DNA of 64,000 nt. Source: an uncultured Candidatus Binatia bacterium (lineage in GTDB: Bacteria > Desulfobacterota > Binatia > UBA9968 > JAJDTQ01). The DNA lies in contig CBDCAF010000016.1 in NCBI GenBank assembly GCA_965213675.1, positions 8,871 to 72,870 on the forward strand. The letters are read 5' to 3'. Under the pieces are notes generated by a model. It was not told the DNA's origin. It saw only the letters and a list, made by a program, of their open reading frames with translations, and searched no databases. A program made the translations under genes and the position numbers. Shown piece after piece: positions 10,280 through 19,423 of this stretch (the stretch's first letter is position 1; each line of letters starts with the position of its first letter).

Positions 10280-11986
10280 CTAAGCCGCCGCGGCCGAGCT
10301 GGGCGCGTAGCCGGAGCCGCGCAGCACCTGGCCCGGCAGGTCGCCGCTCAGGCGGCCATCCTCGTAGATCACGCCGCCGTTGACGATGGTGTAGTGGATG
10401 CCGTCGGAACGCTGGATCAGGCGCTTGGTGCCGGCCGGGTAGTCCTCCGCCCATTCGGGCTCGTAGGCGCGCACCGTGTCGGGATCGAACAGGGTGAGGT
10501 CCGCGGCGTAGCCCGGCCGGATGAGTCCCCGGCCTTCCAGGCCGTAGACCGAGGCCACGTGGAAAGTGAGCTTGTGCACGGCCTCCTCCAGCGTCATCAG
10601 GCCACGCTCCCGCACCCACAGGCCCAGCAGCGTGGTGCCGTAGCCGAAGTCGGCGCCGTACATCACATGGGCTCCGGCGTCCGAGGTGCCCACCAGCACG
10701 TAGGGGCTGCGCAGGATCTCGCCCATGGCCTGCGCATCGCCGCCGGTGTTGGCGTTCTGAAAGGTGGTGAGCAGCCCCTCGTCCAGCGACAGGTCCAGGA
10801 ACGCATCCACGGGATCCTGATTGCGCATGGCCGCCATGTCCGCCACGCTCTTGCCCTCGTAGCGTTTGTTCTCTTCCTTGACGACCTTCTCCACCTGCAC
10901 GATGTCCCAGCGCCGGTGGAAGTTGGTCATGCGCGTGGTGTTCAGGTCCTCGCGCAGCTTCACGCGGGTGGCCGGATCGGCAAAGGCCTGCTGGCGCACC
11001 TCCACCGGCAGGAACATGATGTTCTTCCAGGTGGGAAACTCGTCGAAGAGCTGCGCGTTCTGCAGGTTGAAATGCCTTACCAGCGGCACGGTCTGGGTCA
11101 AGCCGTAGGCGCGGTAGCCGTCCTGGAAGATGCGCGACACCGCGTCCAGTTGCTCCTGCCACAGCGTGGGCTCGGCCCAGCGGTGATGCACGCTCTGCCA
11201 GATGATGGGCCGCTGGGTCCGGCTGGCCAGGTCGTGATAGATGTCGAAGTGCTCCAGCTTGTTGCGGCCGAGAATGGTCTCGATGATGCCGCTGTTCATC
11301 TCGCCGAGCACGTCGCACAGGGCGTAGAGTTCTTCGTTGTCCGCCAGCCGGCTGGCCACGGGCTTGCCGTCCTCGCGCATGTGGCGCTCGTTGCGGTTGG
11401 TGGAGAACCCCAGCGCGCCCGCGTCCATGGCGCCCCGCACGAGGCGCTTCATGGTCTGCACCTCGGCGGCGGTGGCCTTGCGTTCCACCGACTCCTCGCC
11501 CATGACGTTCTGGCGCACCGCGATGTGCCCCACCAGACCACCGGCGTTGATGCCGAGCCGGCCCTCCAGGGCATCCAGGTACTCGCCGTAGCTGTGCCAG
11601 CCCCAGGTCACGCCCTTCTCCAGGGCGGAACGCGGGATCGCCTCGACCCGCACGAAGCTCTTCACCAGGGCGTCCTCGCCGCCGTCGCTCACCGGCGCCA
11701 GCGCCAGCCCGCAGTTGCCCATGACGATGGAGGTGATGCCGTGCTGCGGCTCGGAGGTGCCGTAGGGGTCCCACAGGATCTGCGCGTCCATGTGGGTGTG
11801 GTGGTCGATGAACCCCGGCGACACCACCAGCCCGGCCGCATCGATGGTGCGGCTGGCCGAACCGTTGAGGCGCCCCACCGCTGCGATCTTGCCATCCTTC
11901 ACGCCCACGTCCGCCGTATGGGACGGCAGCCCCGAACCATCGGCCACGCGCCCGCCGCGTACCAGCAGATCATATTCCATGGACAA
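10280..11986 (-). CDS. Amidohydrolase, N-acyl-D-amino-acid deacylase (D-aminoacylase) family
   Basis: 568 aa. N-terminal YDLLVRGGRVADGSG...SPGFIDHHTHMD metal-binding motif typical of the family. Confidence 0.8.
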   Translation of the reverse strand: MSMEYDLLVRGGRVADGSGLPSHTADVGVKDGKIAAVGRLNGSASRTIDAAGLVVSPGFIDHHTHMDAQILWDPYGTSEPQHGITSIVMGNCGLALAPVSDGGEDALVKSFVRVEAIPRSALEKGVTWGWHSYGEYLDALEGRLGINAGGLVGHIAVRQNVMGEESVERKATAAEVQTMKRLVRGAMDAGALGFSTNRNERHMREDGKPVASRLADNEELYALCDVLGEMNSGIIETILGRNKLEHFDIYHDLASRTQRPIIWQSVHHRWAEPTLWQEQLDAVSRIFQDGYRAYGLTQTVPLVRHFNLQNAQLFDEFPTWKNIMFLPVEVRQQAFADPATRVKLREDLNTTRMTNFHRRWDIVQVEKVVKEENKRYEGKSVADMAAMRNQDPVDAFLDLSLDEGLLTTFQNANTGGDAQAMGEILRSPYVLVGTSDAGAHVMYGADFGYGTTLLGLWVRERGLMTLEEAVHKLTFHVASVYGLEGRGLIRPGYAADLTLFDPDTVRAYEPEWAEDYPAGTKRLIQRSDGIHYTIVNGGVIYEDGRLSGDLPGQVLRGSGYAPSSAAAA

Positions 11987-12132
11987 ATCCTCCTGCGTCC
12001 GAACACCTTGATGTCAGCAGGCCGGGCAATGCCCGGCCCGCGTCATTGCGTCGATGTCTCCAAGCCCGCCCAAGGGCGAACCATGATGGCTTCAGGCCAG
12101 CTCGTCGATGAACAAAGGCGGGGCATCCCGGC

Positions 12133-12294
12133 TCAGGCGACCATCGGCCACGGGATCTCCGCACCCGCCATCATCGGCCACGGGATCTCGGCGCCAGCAA
12201 CCTGCGGCCAAAGCACTTCGGAGCCGGAAAGGCTCCCGGCCAAGGCCACCACTCCCAAAGCGATAGCGAACAGCATCCATCGGGCTTCCTTCAT
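12133..12294 (-). CDS. 53-aa secreted peptide with three WP(M/Q) repeats (hypothetical)
   Basis: ATG 12294 lies 6 nt after a perfect GGAGG. Signal-like MKEARWMLFAIALGVVALAGSLSG, then EVLWPQVAGAE-IPWPMMAGAE-IPWPMVA, which is encoded by a tandem DNA repeat. Confidence 0.4.
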   Translation of the reverse strand: MKEARWMLFAIALGVVALAGSLSGSEVLWPQVAGAEIPWPMMAGAEIPWPMVA

Positions 12295-12396
12295 TGGGAC
12301 CCTCCTTTCTTCAGGAAACAACTCTACAACTGCCGGCCGTGACCGGCAAGCACGAGTTCGCTGCAACTCAGGATCTTGCGGAAACGGGACGAGAGC

Positions 12397-12436
12397 TTGA
12401 CAACAGTTTATAATATGATAAAGCTAAATCATTATC
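12397..12436 (+). promoter_or_regulatory. AT-rich promoter region with a Fur-family (Fur/Zur-like) box
   Basis: TTGACA at 12397-12402 and TATAAT at 12409-12414 (non-canonical spacing). GATAAAGCTAAATCATTATC at 12417-12436 resembles the Fur consensus GATAATGATAATCATTATC, and the 3' half AATCATTATC is identical. Confidence 0.4.
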
Positions 12437-12468
12437 GGCAATTCTACTCGAAAGGAACACACGCACCC

Positions 12469-13818
12469 ATGCGAATCCGCAACTGGAATCCCCTTGTCAT
12501 CCTGTTTGTTGCAGTAGCCCTGTTGCTTGCCGCGAACCCGGCCACAGCGGCTCCGGAACCGGGTCTGTCCTCTTCCGCCGCTGCGCCCACGGAGCGCTCC
12601 GTGACCGTCGCCAGCACCGCGGTTGCGGCGACCCAGGCCACCCCTGCCGCGAAGCGGACCCCCATCTCGGGCCGGCTGCTCGTGGGCGACGGCGAGAGCA
12701 GCAAGATGTCGGTCATCGACCTGAAGGCCGGCGGCGTGGAACAGGACGCCTTCGACATGGGCTCCCGGGCCGGGCGCATCTACCCCACCAAGAACGGGCG
12801 CTTCGCCGTCGCGGTGTCCAGCGATGCCAACAACGTGCATGTCTTCGACGGCGGCATCTACCTGGAAAAGCACGGTGACCACTACGACCTGGTGGCCGGG
12901 CCGCTCAAGCGCCTGGACCTGGACCTGAGCGGCGACCGCCCGGTGCACCTGTATGTCGCCGGCAAGTGGGCCGCCATCTATTACGACGGCTCCGGTGACG
13001 TCGTGCTACTCAACGAGCAAGAACTGGAAAAGAACGGCGCTCGGCACAAGCCGCCCAAGCTCAACGCCGGGGCCCACCACGGTGCGGCGGTGCCGCTGGC
13101 CCATGACCTGTTCGCGCTCAGCATCCAACACCCCGACTTTGCCGCCAACCCCAAGGACTACCGTCTGCCCATCGGCGCCAAGATCGTGGATCTGTCGGGC
13201 AAGGTGCTGCATAGCCAGGAAGGCTGCAAGGATCTGCACGGCGACGCAGGGAACGGCCATGTCGCGGCCTTCGGTTGCCGCGGCGGTATCCTGGTCGTGA
13301 AGGCGGACCACGGGAAGTACGAAGGGGCGTTCATCTCCGCGCCGGAAGGCGAACCCGAAGACTTTCGTTTGACCACGGTCTGGGGTTATCCCGGCATGGA
13401 CCGCTTCTTCGCTCTCGGCTCCGCGGTGGGCCTGTACGTCGTGGACCCCAAGGCAAGCGCCATGAAGCAGTTGATCCCCGCCTCGGACGCCATGAAACCC
13501 ATCAACGCCGCGGTGAGTCACGACGGCAAGGCGCTGCTGGTGGTGATGAGCGATGGCGAGCTACGCATGTACGATGCCCACAAGCTCGACCTGCTGGCGT
13601 CCGCGCGCGACTTCCTGACCACTCCGGTGGAGGCAGGTTTCTGGGCGCGCCCCCACGTCGTGACCATTCCCGGAGCCGTCTTCATCACCGACTCCGTGGG
13701 CGGCAAGGTTCTGCAACTGAACAGCCAGAACCTCAAGGTCGTCGAAAGCTGGAACGTCGCCGGCAAACCCACCAAGGTGGCCTTCGTCGGCGTCTCCACC
13801 AAGACCAAGGGCCACTAG
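12469..13818 (+). CDS. Secreted beta-propeller-like protein, possibly an AztD-like periplasmic metallochaperone
   Basis: Signal peptide MRIRNWNPLVILFVAVALLLAANPATAAPEP. HGDHYD motif and repeated strand-rich segments. The CDS is well supported; the function is tentative. Confidence 0.6.
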   Translation: MRIRNWNPLVILFVAVALLLAANPATAAPEPGLSSSAAAPTERSVTVASTAVAATQATPAAKRTPISGRLLVGDGESSKMSVIDLKAGGVEQDAFDMGSRAGRIYPTKNGRFAVAVSSDANNVHVFDGGIYLEKHGDHYDLVAGPLKRLDLDLSGDRPVHLYVAGKWAAIYYDGSGDVVLLNEQELEKNGARHKPPKLNAGAHHGAAVPLAHDLFALSIQHPDFAANPKDYRLPIGAKIVDLSGKVLHSQEGCKDLHGDAGNGHVAAFGCRGGILVVKADHGKYEGAFISAPEGEPEDFRLTTVWGYPGMDRFFALGSAVGLYVVDPKASAMKQLIPASDAMKPINAAVSHDGKALLVVMSDGELRMYDAHKLDLLASARDFLTTPVEAGFWARPHVVTIPGAVFITDSVGGKVLQLNSQNLKVVESWNVAGKPTKVAFVGVSTKTKGH

Positions 13819-14109
13819 ACTTCCAGCCCTCCCGAACAAACCTCCCGGACCCGGCGCGGCGCACTGTCTCCATTCGCTCGCACACCCGTGTGATGCCCGC
13901 GCCGGGTCCAGGCCCCGCCTGACTGTCCGCAAGCCGGGGCACATCAAGCCCCGATCTCCCCAAAACGCCGGTTCAGCTCCCTCTCCTCGGAAAACTCGGG
14001 TCCTTGCCTTCTCCTGGACGAACGGCGAAACTACAGCTTCGTGGCAGGGCAAGAGGGTTGTCAGCAAAATGTGTCCAAGGAAAGGAGATCCACTACTGGA
14101 GGTGCGATC

Positions 14110-14364
14110 ATGGCGCTGGAAATGGAAATGGCAAGATATCGGAAGCTTATGGCGGATCACGACCGCGTTCAGGAACACCATGGACAGTACACCTTGATTC
14201 AGAAGGAGGATGTCGTCGGCTTCTTCTCAAGTTTCGACGACGCTCTCCGGGAAGGCTATCGGCGATTCAAACCCGGGTCCTTTCTCGTAAAACAGGTCAG
14301 CGCCATCGACGAAGTACACTTCGTCTCCAGATTCGCTCCATGCCTTACTTCAGCCGTCGAATAG
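14110..14364 (+). CDS. Small DUF5678-like hypothetical protein (84 aa)
   Basis: ATG 14110 lies 8 nt after GGAGG. The HGQYTLIQKEDVVGFFSSFDDALREGYRRF pattern resembles DUF5678-type small proteins. It overlaps the next gene by 25 nt. Confidence 0.5.
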   Translation: MALEMEMARYRKLMADHDRVQEHHGQYTLIQKEDVVGFFSSFDDALREGYRRFKPGSFLVKQVSAIDEVHFVSRFAPCLTSAVE

Positions 14365-14783
14365 AGTCCGTCGGCCTTCTCCTGAACGTACGGTTGGGCG
14401 TGAGCGTTGGCTACCAGGAGGCCCTGGAAAGATCGCAGAGTCCTGTTCCTCAGCCACTGTCCGTACAGGGCATCGTCGATACAGGTGCCAGTTGCACCTG
14501 TATCGACCCCGGAATCGTCCAGCGGCTTGGTCTGATTCCGGTAGGGAAGCAGAGCATCAGCACACCATCGACGGGTCCGAACCCCATAGAGGTCGACCTC
14601 TATGACGTCAGCTTGGCCATCTTCTCGACAACGCAGGAAGTCCCGTGCTGGATTCCCAATCTGCCTGTCGCCGAATCGCAACTTGATCATCAAGGATTCC
14701 AGGTCCTCATAGGCCGGGATGTCTTATCTCGCTGCATGTTGCTCTACGACGGCAAGAACAGCGTCTATACGCTTTGCTTTTGA
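14340..14783 (+). CDS. Retropepsin-like (clan AA) aspartic protease, stand-alone 147 aa
   Basis: Catalytic IVDTGASCTCID and second signature VLIGRDVL. No signal peptide or TM segment. The size fits a homodimeric retropepsin fold. Confidence 0.7.
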   Translation: MPYFSRRIESVGLLLNVRLGVSVGYQEALERSQSPVPQPLSVQGIVDTGASCTCIDPGIVQRLGLIPVGKQSISTPSTGPNPIEVDLYDVSLAIFSTTQEVPCWIPNLPVAESQLDHQGFQVLIGRDVLSRCMLLYDGKNSVYTLCF

Positions 14784-14847
14784 AGGGTCGCCCTCGCGTC
14801 CAAGCCCGAGAACGTCTCTTTCCGAACTTGAGCGACGGTTGAAAATC

Positions 14848-17265
14848 ATGGACAAGCGGAGCCTCTCGGAACGAGACATCTGCACGAAGTTCATCACACC
14901 TGCCCTGCGTCGAGCCGGGTGGGATGAGATGCTTCAAATCCGCGAAGAGGTGAGCTTCACCAAGGGTCGCATCATCGTCCGCGGCAAGCTGGTGTCACGC
15001 GGGAAAGCCAAGCGCGCCGACTACGTTCTATATTACAAACCCAACCTTCCCCTTGCGGTCATCGAAGCCAAGGACAACTCCCACAGCGTCGGCGGCGGCA
15101 TACAGCAGGCGCTGGACTACGCCGAAACACTGAACGTTCCCTTCGTGTTCTCATCCAACGGCGACGGTTTCCTGTTTCACGACTGCACCGGCAACGCCAA
15201 CCCGCGAGAGACGCACCTCTCGCTGGACGATTTCCCGTCGCCTGACAAGCTGTGGACGCGCTACCGCGCCTGGAAGGCCCTGGGTCCGGAAGCCGAAGGC
15301 CTCGTCCTTCAGGACTACCATGAGGACGGCGGCGACAAGGCGCCTCGGTACTACCAAGTCATCGCAATAAACGCGGCCATTGAGGCCGCTGCCAAGGGGC
15401 TGGATCGCATCCTCTTGGTCATGGCCACCGGCACCGGCAAGACCTACACGGCGTTCCAGATCATCTGGCGCTTGTGGAAGGCCGGACACAGGAAGCGCAT
15501 CCTTTTCCTCGCCGACCGCAACGTGCTCGTCGATCAGACCATGGTGAACGATTTTCGGCCCTTCGGCAGAGCGATGACGAAGCTTTCTACTCAAGCGAAA
15601 ACCATATGGTGCGATGACCACGGCGTGCACCGAGTCGATACGTCCTACGAGATCTATCTGGGTCTTTATCAGGCAATCACCGGGCCGGACGAAAATCAGA
15701 AAATATATCGTGAGTTCTCTCCCGGATTCTTCGACCTGATTGTCATCGACGAATGCCACCGGGGCAGCGCCGACGAGGACTCGGCTTGGCGCGAGATTCT
15801 TGAGTACTTCTCTTCCGCCACCCAGATCGGACTCACCGCGACGCCGAAAGAGACGCGATACGCTTCCAATATCGCGTATTTCGGAGAGCCGGTGTTCTCC
15901 TACTCGTTGAAACAAGGCATCCACGACGGCTTTCTCGCGCCCTACAAGGTGGTCAAGGTTCATATCGACCGCGACGTCGAAGGCTACCGGCCGGAAAAGG
16001 GGAAGCTCGACCGGTATGGCGAGGAAGTCGACGACCACATCTACAACACCAAGGACTTTGACCACACGCTTGTCATCGACGGGCGCACCAACTTGGTGGC
16101 GCGGAAGGTTACGCAGTTCCTGAAGGAGAGCGGAGACCGATTCCAGAAGGCCATGATCTTTTGCGTCGATCAGGAACACGCGGCGCGCATGCGCCAAGGG
16201 CTGATCAACGAGAACGCCGACCTCATGGACGAGAACCCCCGGTACGTCATGCGTATCACCGGCAGCGATGCTGAGGGACAGGCCGAGTTGGGCAACTTCA
16301 TCGATCCGGAATCGAAACACCCCGTTCTTGTCACCACGTCCCGCCTGCTGTCCACGGGCGTGGACGTGCAGACATGTCGGCTCATCGTGCTCGACCGTGA
16401 AGTCGGCTCGATGACCGAATTCAAGCAGATCGTCGGCCGTGGCACCCGCGTGCACGAGGATACCGGCAAGCTTTACTTCACTCTGATCGACTTCCGCGGC
16501 GCGACCAGTCATTTCGCCGATCCGGAGTTCGATGACGAGCCGGTGCAGGTCTACGAGCCCGGGAAGGGCGAGCCCGTCGATCCGCCCGAAGCCACGTTGG
16601 TCCAGTACGATGATACGTTTTCCGAGTCTCCTAAAAACGACCGCGGTGGCACGACGGTCGTAGTTGATGCCAACTTTCCACCCATTGGAGACGGCTCGCG
16701 CAAGAAGATCTATGTCGACGACGTGAGCGCGACCATCGTCGCCGAACGGGTGGAGTATCTTGACGAGCACGGCGGCCTGGTCACCGAGTCGCTTCGCGAT
16801 TTTACCCGGAAGGCACTACGCAAGCGTTTCGCAAGCCTTGACGACTTCCTGAGGCGATGGAACGGTGCCGAGCGCAAACAGGCGATCATCGATGAGATGG
16901 CGGCCGGGGGGTTGCCACTGGCCGTCATCGCCGAGGAGTTGGGCAAGGACCTCGACCCCTTCGACCTCATCTGTCATGTTGCGTTCGATGCGAGACCGCT
17001 GACTCGCCGAGAGCGCGCTGACAACGTCAGGAAACGCGACGTGTTCAGGAAGTACGGAGAACAGGCCCGCACCGTGCTCGATGCGCTGCTCGACAAGTAC
17101 GCCGACGAAGGCGTGTTGGAACTCGACGACACCAACGTGCTCAGAATCCCGCCGATCAACACGCTTGGCACCCCGGTGGAATTGATCGGAGCCTTTGGCG
17201 ACAGGCCCGGGTACCTGCGCGCCGTCCACGACCTGCAGTCATCACTCTACAGGGAGACCGCATAG
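14848..17265 (+). CDS. hsdR: Type I restriction enzyme R subunit (EcoEI/type IB-like C-terminus)
   Basis: N-terminal nuclease motif (ADYVLY...VIEAKD), helicase motifs ATGTGKT and DECHRGS, and an EcoEI_R_C-like tail. Start at MDKRSL (ATG 14848). Confidence 0.92.
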   Translation: MDKRSLSERDICTKFITPALRRAGWDEMLQIREEVSFTKGRIIVRGKLVSRGKAKRADYVLYYKPNLPLAVIEAKDNSHSVGGGIQQALDYAETLNVPFVFSSNGDGFLFHDCTGNANPRETHLSLDDFPSPDKLWTRYRAWKALGPEAEGLVLQDYHEDGGDKAPRYYQVIAINAAIEAAAKGLDRILLVMATGTGKTYTAFQIIWRLWKAGHRKRILFLADRNVLVDQTMVNDFRPFGRAMTKLSTQAKTIWCDDHGVHRVDTSYEIYLGLYQAITGPDENQKIYREFSPGFFDLIVIDECHRGSADEDSAWREILEYFSSATQIGLTATPKETRYASNIAYFGEPVFSYSLKQGIHDGFLAPYKVVKVHIDRDVEGYRPEKGKLDRYGEEVDDHIYNTKDFDHTLVIDGRTNLVARKVTQFLKESGDRFQKAMIFCVDQEHAARMRQGLINENADLMDENPRYVMRITGSDAEGQAELGNFIDPESKHPVLVTTSRLLSTGVDVQTCRLIVLDREVGSMTEFKQIVGRGTRVHEDTGKLYFTLIDFRGATSHFADPEFDDEPVQVYEPGKGEPVDPPEATLVQYDDTFSESPKNDRGGTTVVVDANFPPIGDGSRKKIYVDDVSATIVAERVEYLDEHGGLVTESLRDFTRKALRKRFASLDDFLRRWNGAERKQAIIDEMAAGGLPLAVIAEELGKDLDPFDLICHVAFDARPLTRRERADNVRKRDVFRKYGEQARTVLDALLDKYADEGVLELDDTNVLRIPPINTLGTPVELIGAFGDRPGYLRAVHDLQSSLYRETA

Positions 17266-17268
17266 GAA

Positions 17269-18720
17269 ATGGCCGTCAGCACTCTTGTCAAGACGATTCA
17301 GGACATCATGCGTCAGGACGTGGGTGTCGATGGCGATGCGCAACGCATCAGCCAGTTATGTTGGATGTTCTTCCTCAAGATCATCGACGATCAGGACCGG
17401 GAGCTTGAATTACTGAAGGAATGCTACCGTTCACCTGTTCCCGACCGGGTGCGATGGCGCAACTGGGCCGCCGATCCGGAAGGGATCACCGGGGACGAGT
17501 TGGCGACCTTCATCAACGCGAACCTCTTTCCGGCACTGAAGGAGCTTCCGGCAGGGAACGACCCGCGCGCAAGGGTTGTAAGGGATGTCTTCGAGGACGC
17601 TTTCAACTACATGAAATCCGGCCAGTTGATCCGGCAGGTGGTCAACAAGATCAACGACATCGACTTCAACAATTTCGCCGAGCGTCAGCACTTCGGCGAC
17701 ATCTACGAGCAAATCCTCAACGACCTGCAATCCGCGGGCAATGCCGGGGAGTACTACACCCCGCGCGCGGTCACATCTTTCATGGTGGAGATGGTCGACC
17801 CCAAACCGGGCGAGACGCTGTTCGACCCCGCCTGCGGTACTGGCGGCTTCCTCACTTGCGCCATCCGCCACATGCGCGACCGCTACATCAAGCGACCGGA
17901 AGACGAGGCGCGGATGCATGCATCCCTTCGCGCTATGGAGAAGAAACCGCTGCCGCACATGCTCGCCGTCACCAACATGCTTCTGCACCACATCGAGGAG
18001 CCCTCTTTCCTGCGTCACGACAACACCCTGGCGCGACCCTACGTCTCCTGGGGCCAAGCCCAGCGCGTGGATATCGTGCTGACCAATCCGCCGTTCGGCG
18101 GCAAGGAGGAACCGGGCATCGAGTCCAACTTCCCAACACACTTCCAGACCCGCGAAACGGCCGATCTGTTTCTCGCGCTGATCATCCGCCTTCTCAAGCC
18201 CGGCGGACGGGCCGCGGTGGTGCTGCCCGATGGCTCGCTCTTCGGCGAAGGCGTCAAGACCCGGCTCAAGGAGCATCTGATGGAAGAGTGCAACCTTCAC
18301 ACCATCGTCCGCCTGCCGAACTCGGTGTTCCGCCCCTACGCTTCCATCGGTACAAACCTGTTGTTTTTCGAAAAGGGCGGACCTACGAGGAATGTCTGGT
18401 TCTGGGAGCACCGCGTCCCCGAAGGACAAAAGCACTACTCGATGACCCGGCCCATCCGGCTGGAGCATCTGGCCGACTGTGCCGCGTGGTGGGGCGGAGC
18501 GAAACGCAAGGGCCGCAAGGAAGGCGGCCGTGCATGGAAGGTCACAGCCAAGGAGGTGAATGAGCGCGGCTACAATCTCGACATCAAGAATCCTCAAACC
18601 GAGGGCCCAGACTACGAAGATCCCGAGACACTTCTCGCAGAACTGGAATCCGCAGAGGCCGATGTGACATCGATACGAAACCAGTTGAAGGAAGCCTTGG
18701 CGGAGGCGTTGCTACGATGA
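17269..18720 (+). CDS. hsdM: Type I R-M N6-adenine DNA methyltransferase subunit
   Basis: HsdM N-terminal domain, SAM motif DPACGTGGFL and catalytic NPPFGG. Confidence 0.95.
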   Translation: MAVSTLVKTIQDIMRQDVGVDGDAQRISQLCWMFFLKIIDDQDRELELLKECYRSPVPDRVRWRNWAADPEGITGDELATFINANLFPALKELPAGNDPRARVVRDVFEDAFNYMKSGQLIRQVVNKINDIDFNNFAERQHFGDIYEQILNDLQSAGNAGEYYTPRAVTSFMVEMVDPKPGETLFDPACGTGGFLTCAIRHMRDRYIKRPEDEARMHASLRAMEKKPLPHMLAVTNMLLHHIEEPSFLRHDNTLARPYVSWGQAQRVDIVLTNPPFGGKEEPGIESNFPTHFQTRETADLFLALIIRLLKPGGRAAVVLPDGSLFGEGVKTRLKEHLMEECNLHTIVRLPNSVFRPYASIGTNLLFFEKGGPTRNVWFWEHRVPEGQKHYSMTRPIRLEHLADCAAWWGGAKRKGRKEGGRAWKVTAKEVNERGYNLDIKNPQTEGPDYEDPETLLAELESAEADVTSIRNQLKEALAEALLR

Positions 18721-18765
18721 AATCAAAGAAGGACCACCATCGCCTTCAGCCTGGAAAAGTTGGTC

Positions 18766-19077
18766 ATGCACGCCGCCATCGCTGACAAGAAGGAAAAGTT
18801 GGCGGAACTCTGCCGTCGCCACGGGGTAGCGCGCCTCGAAGTCTTCGGATCCGCCGCGCGCGGCGCTTACTTCGATCTACAGACCAGCGACGTCGACTTC
18901 CTTGTGGAGTTCAACCCCGACGGAGACCTGCGGCCCTTCCACCAATTCTTCGACCTCGCCGACGCCTTGCGCCACACCTTGGGCCGCTCCGTCGATCTCG
19001 TCGAGTCGGGCATCGTCCGCAACCCGTATCTGCGCGCCGCCATAGACCGGTCGCGCGAGGTTGTCTATGAGTCCTGA
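18766..19077 (+). CDS. Nucleotidyltransferase (MNT) antitoxin of a HEPN/MNT module
   Basis: GSAARG...DVDFLV minimal nucleotidyltransferase motifs. Confidence 0.85.
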   Translation: MHAAIADKKEKLAELCRRHGVARLEVFGSAARGAYFDLQTSDVDFLVEFNPDGDLRPFHQFFDLADALRHTLGRSVDLVESGIVRNPYLRAAIDRSREVVYES

Positions 19078-19423
19078 CCGTCGCGTTCTGCTGACGGACA
19101 TCGACCAGGCGGGCGCGGAAATCCAACGCTTCACGCACGGTCTGGACAGCGTTTCCTACGCCGGCGACGCGCTGACTCAAGCCGCGGTCGAACGGAAGTT
19201 CGAGATCATTGGCGAAGCGTTAAACCGCCTTCACAGGGCCCGCCCAGACATCGCCGGTCAGATTCCCTGGTACCGCCGGATGATCGACTTCCGCAACTTG
19301 TTGATCCACGGCTACGCCAGCGTGCTGCCCGAGCGCGTCTGGGACTATACCGACAACCACCTTCCCGACCTGCGTCGGATCGTGCTGGAGATGCTCGCCG
19401 AGTTGGGACCGCCGATGCCATGA
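19067..19423 (+). CDS. HEPN domain (DUF86) toxin
   Basis: RNLLIHGY (Rx4H) HEPN RNase motif. Overlaps the MNT gene by 11 nt and hsdS by ATGA. Confidence 0.85.
   Translation: MSPDRRVLLTDIDQAGAEIQRFTHGLDSVSYAGDALTQAAVERKFEIIGEALNRLHRARPDIAGQIPWYRRMIDFRNLLIHGYASVLPERVWDYTDNHLPDLRRIVLEMLAELGPPMP

Noticed and set aside
14004-14783. Single 259-aa ORF covering the whole small-protein/protease region.
   Set aside because: Its first 112 codons are an Arg-rich out-of-frame read-through of the 84-aa gene. The protease domain starts at the internal ATG 14340, so two overlapping genes explain the region better.
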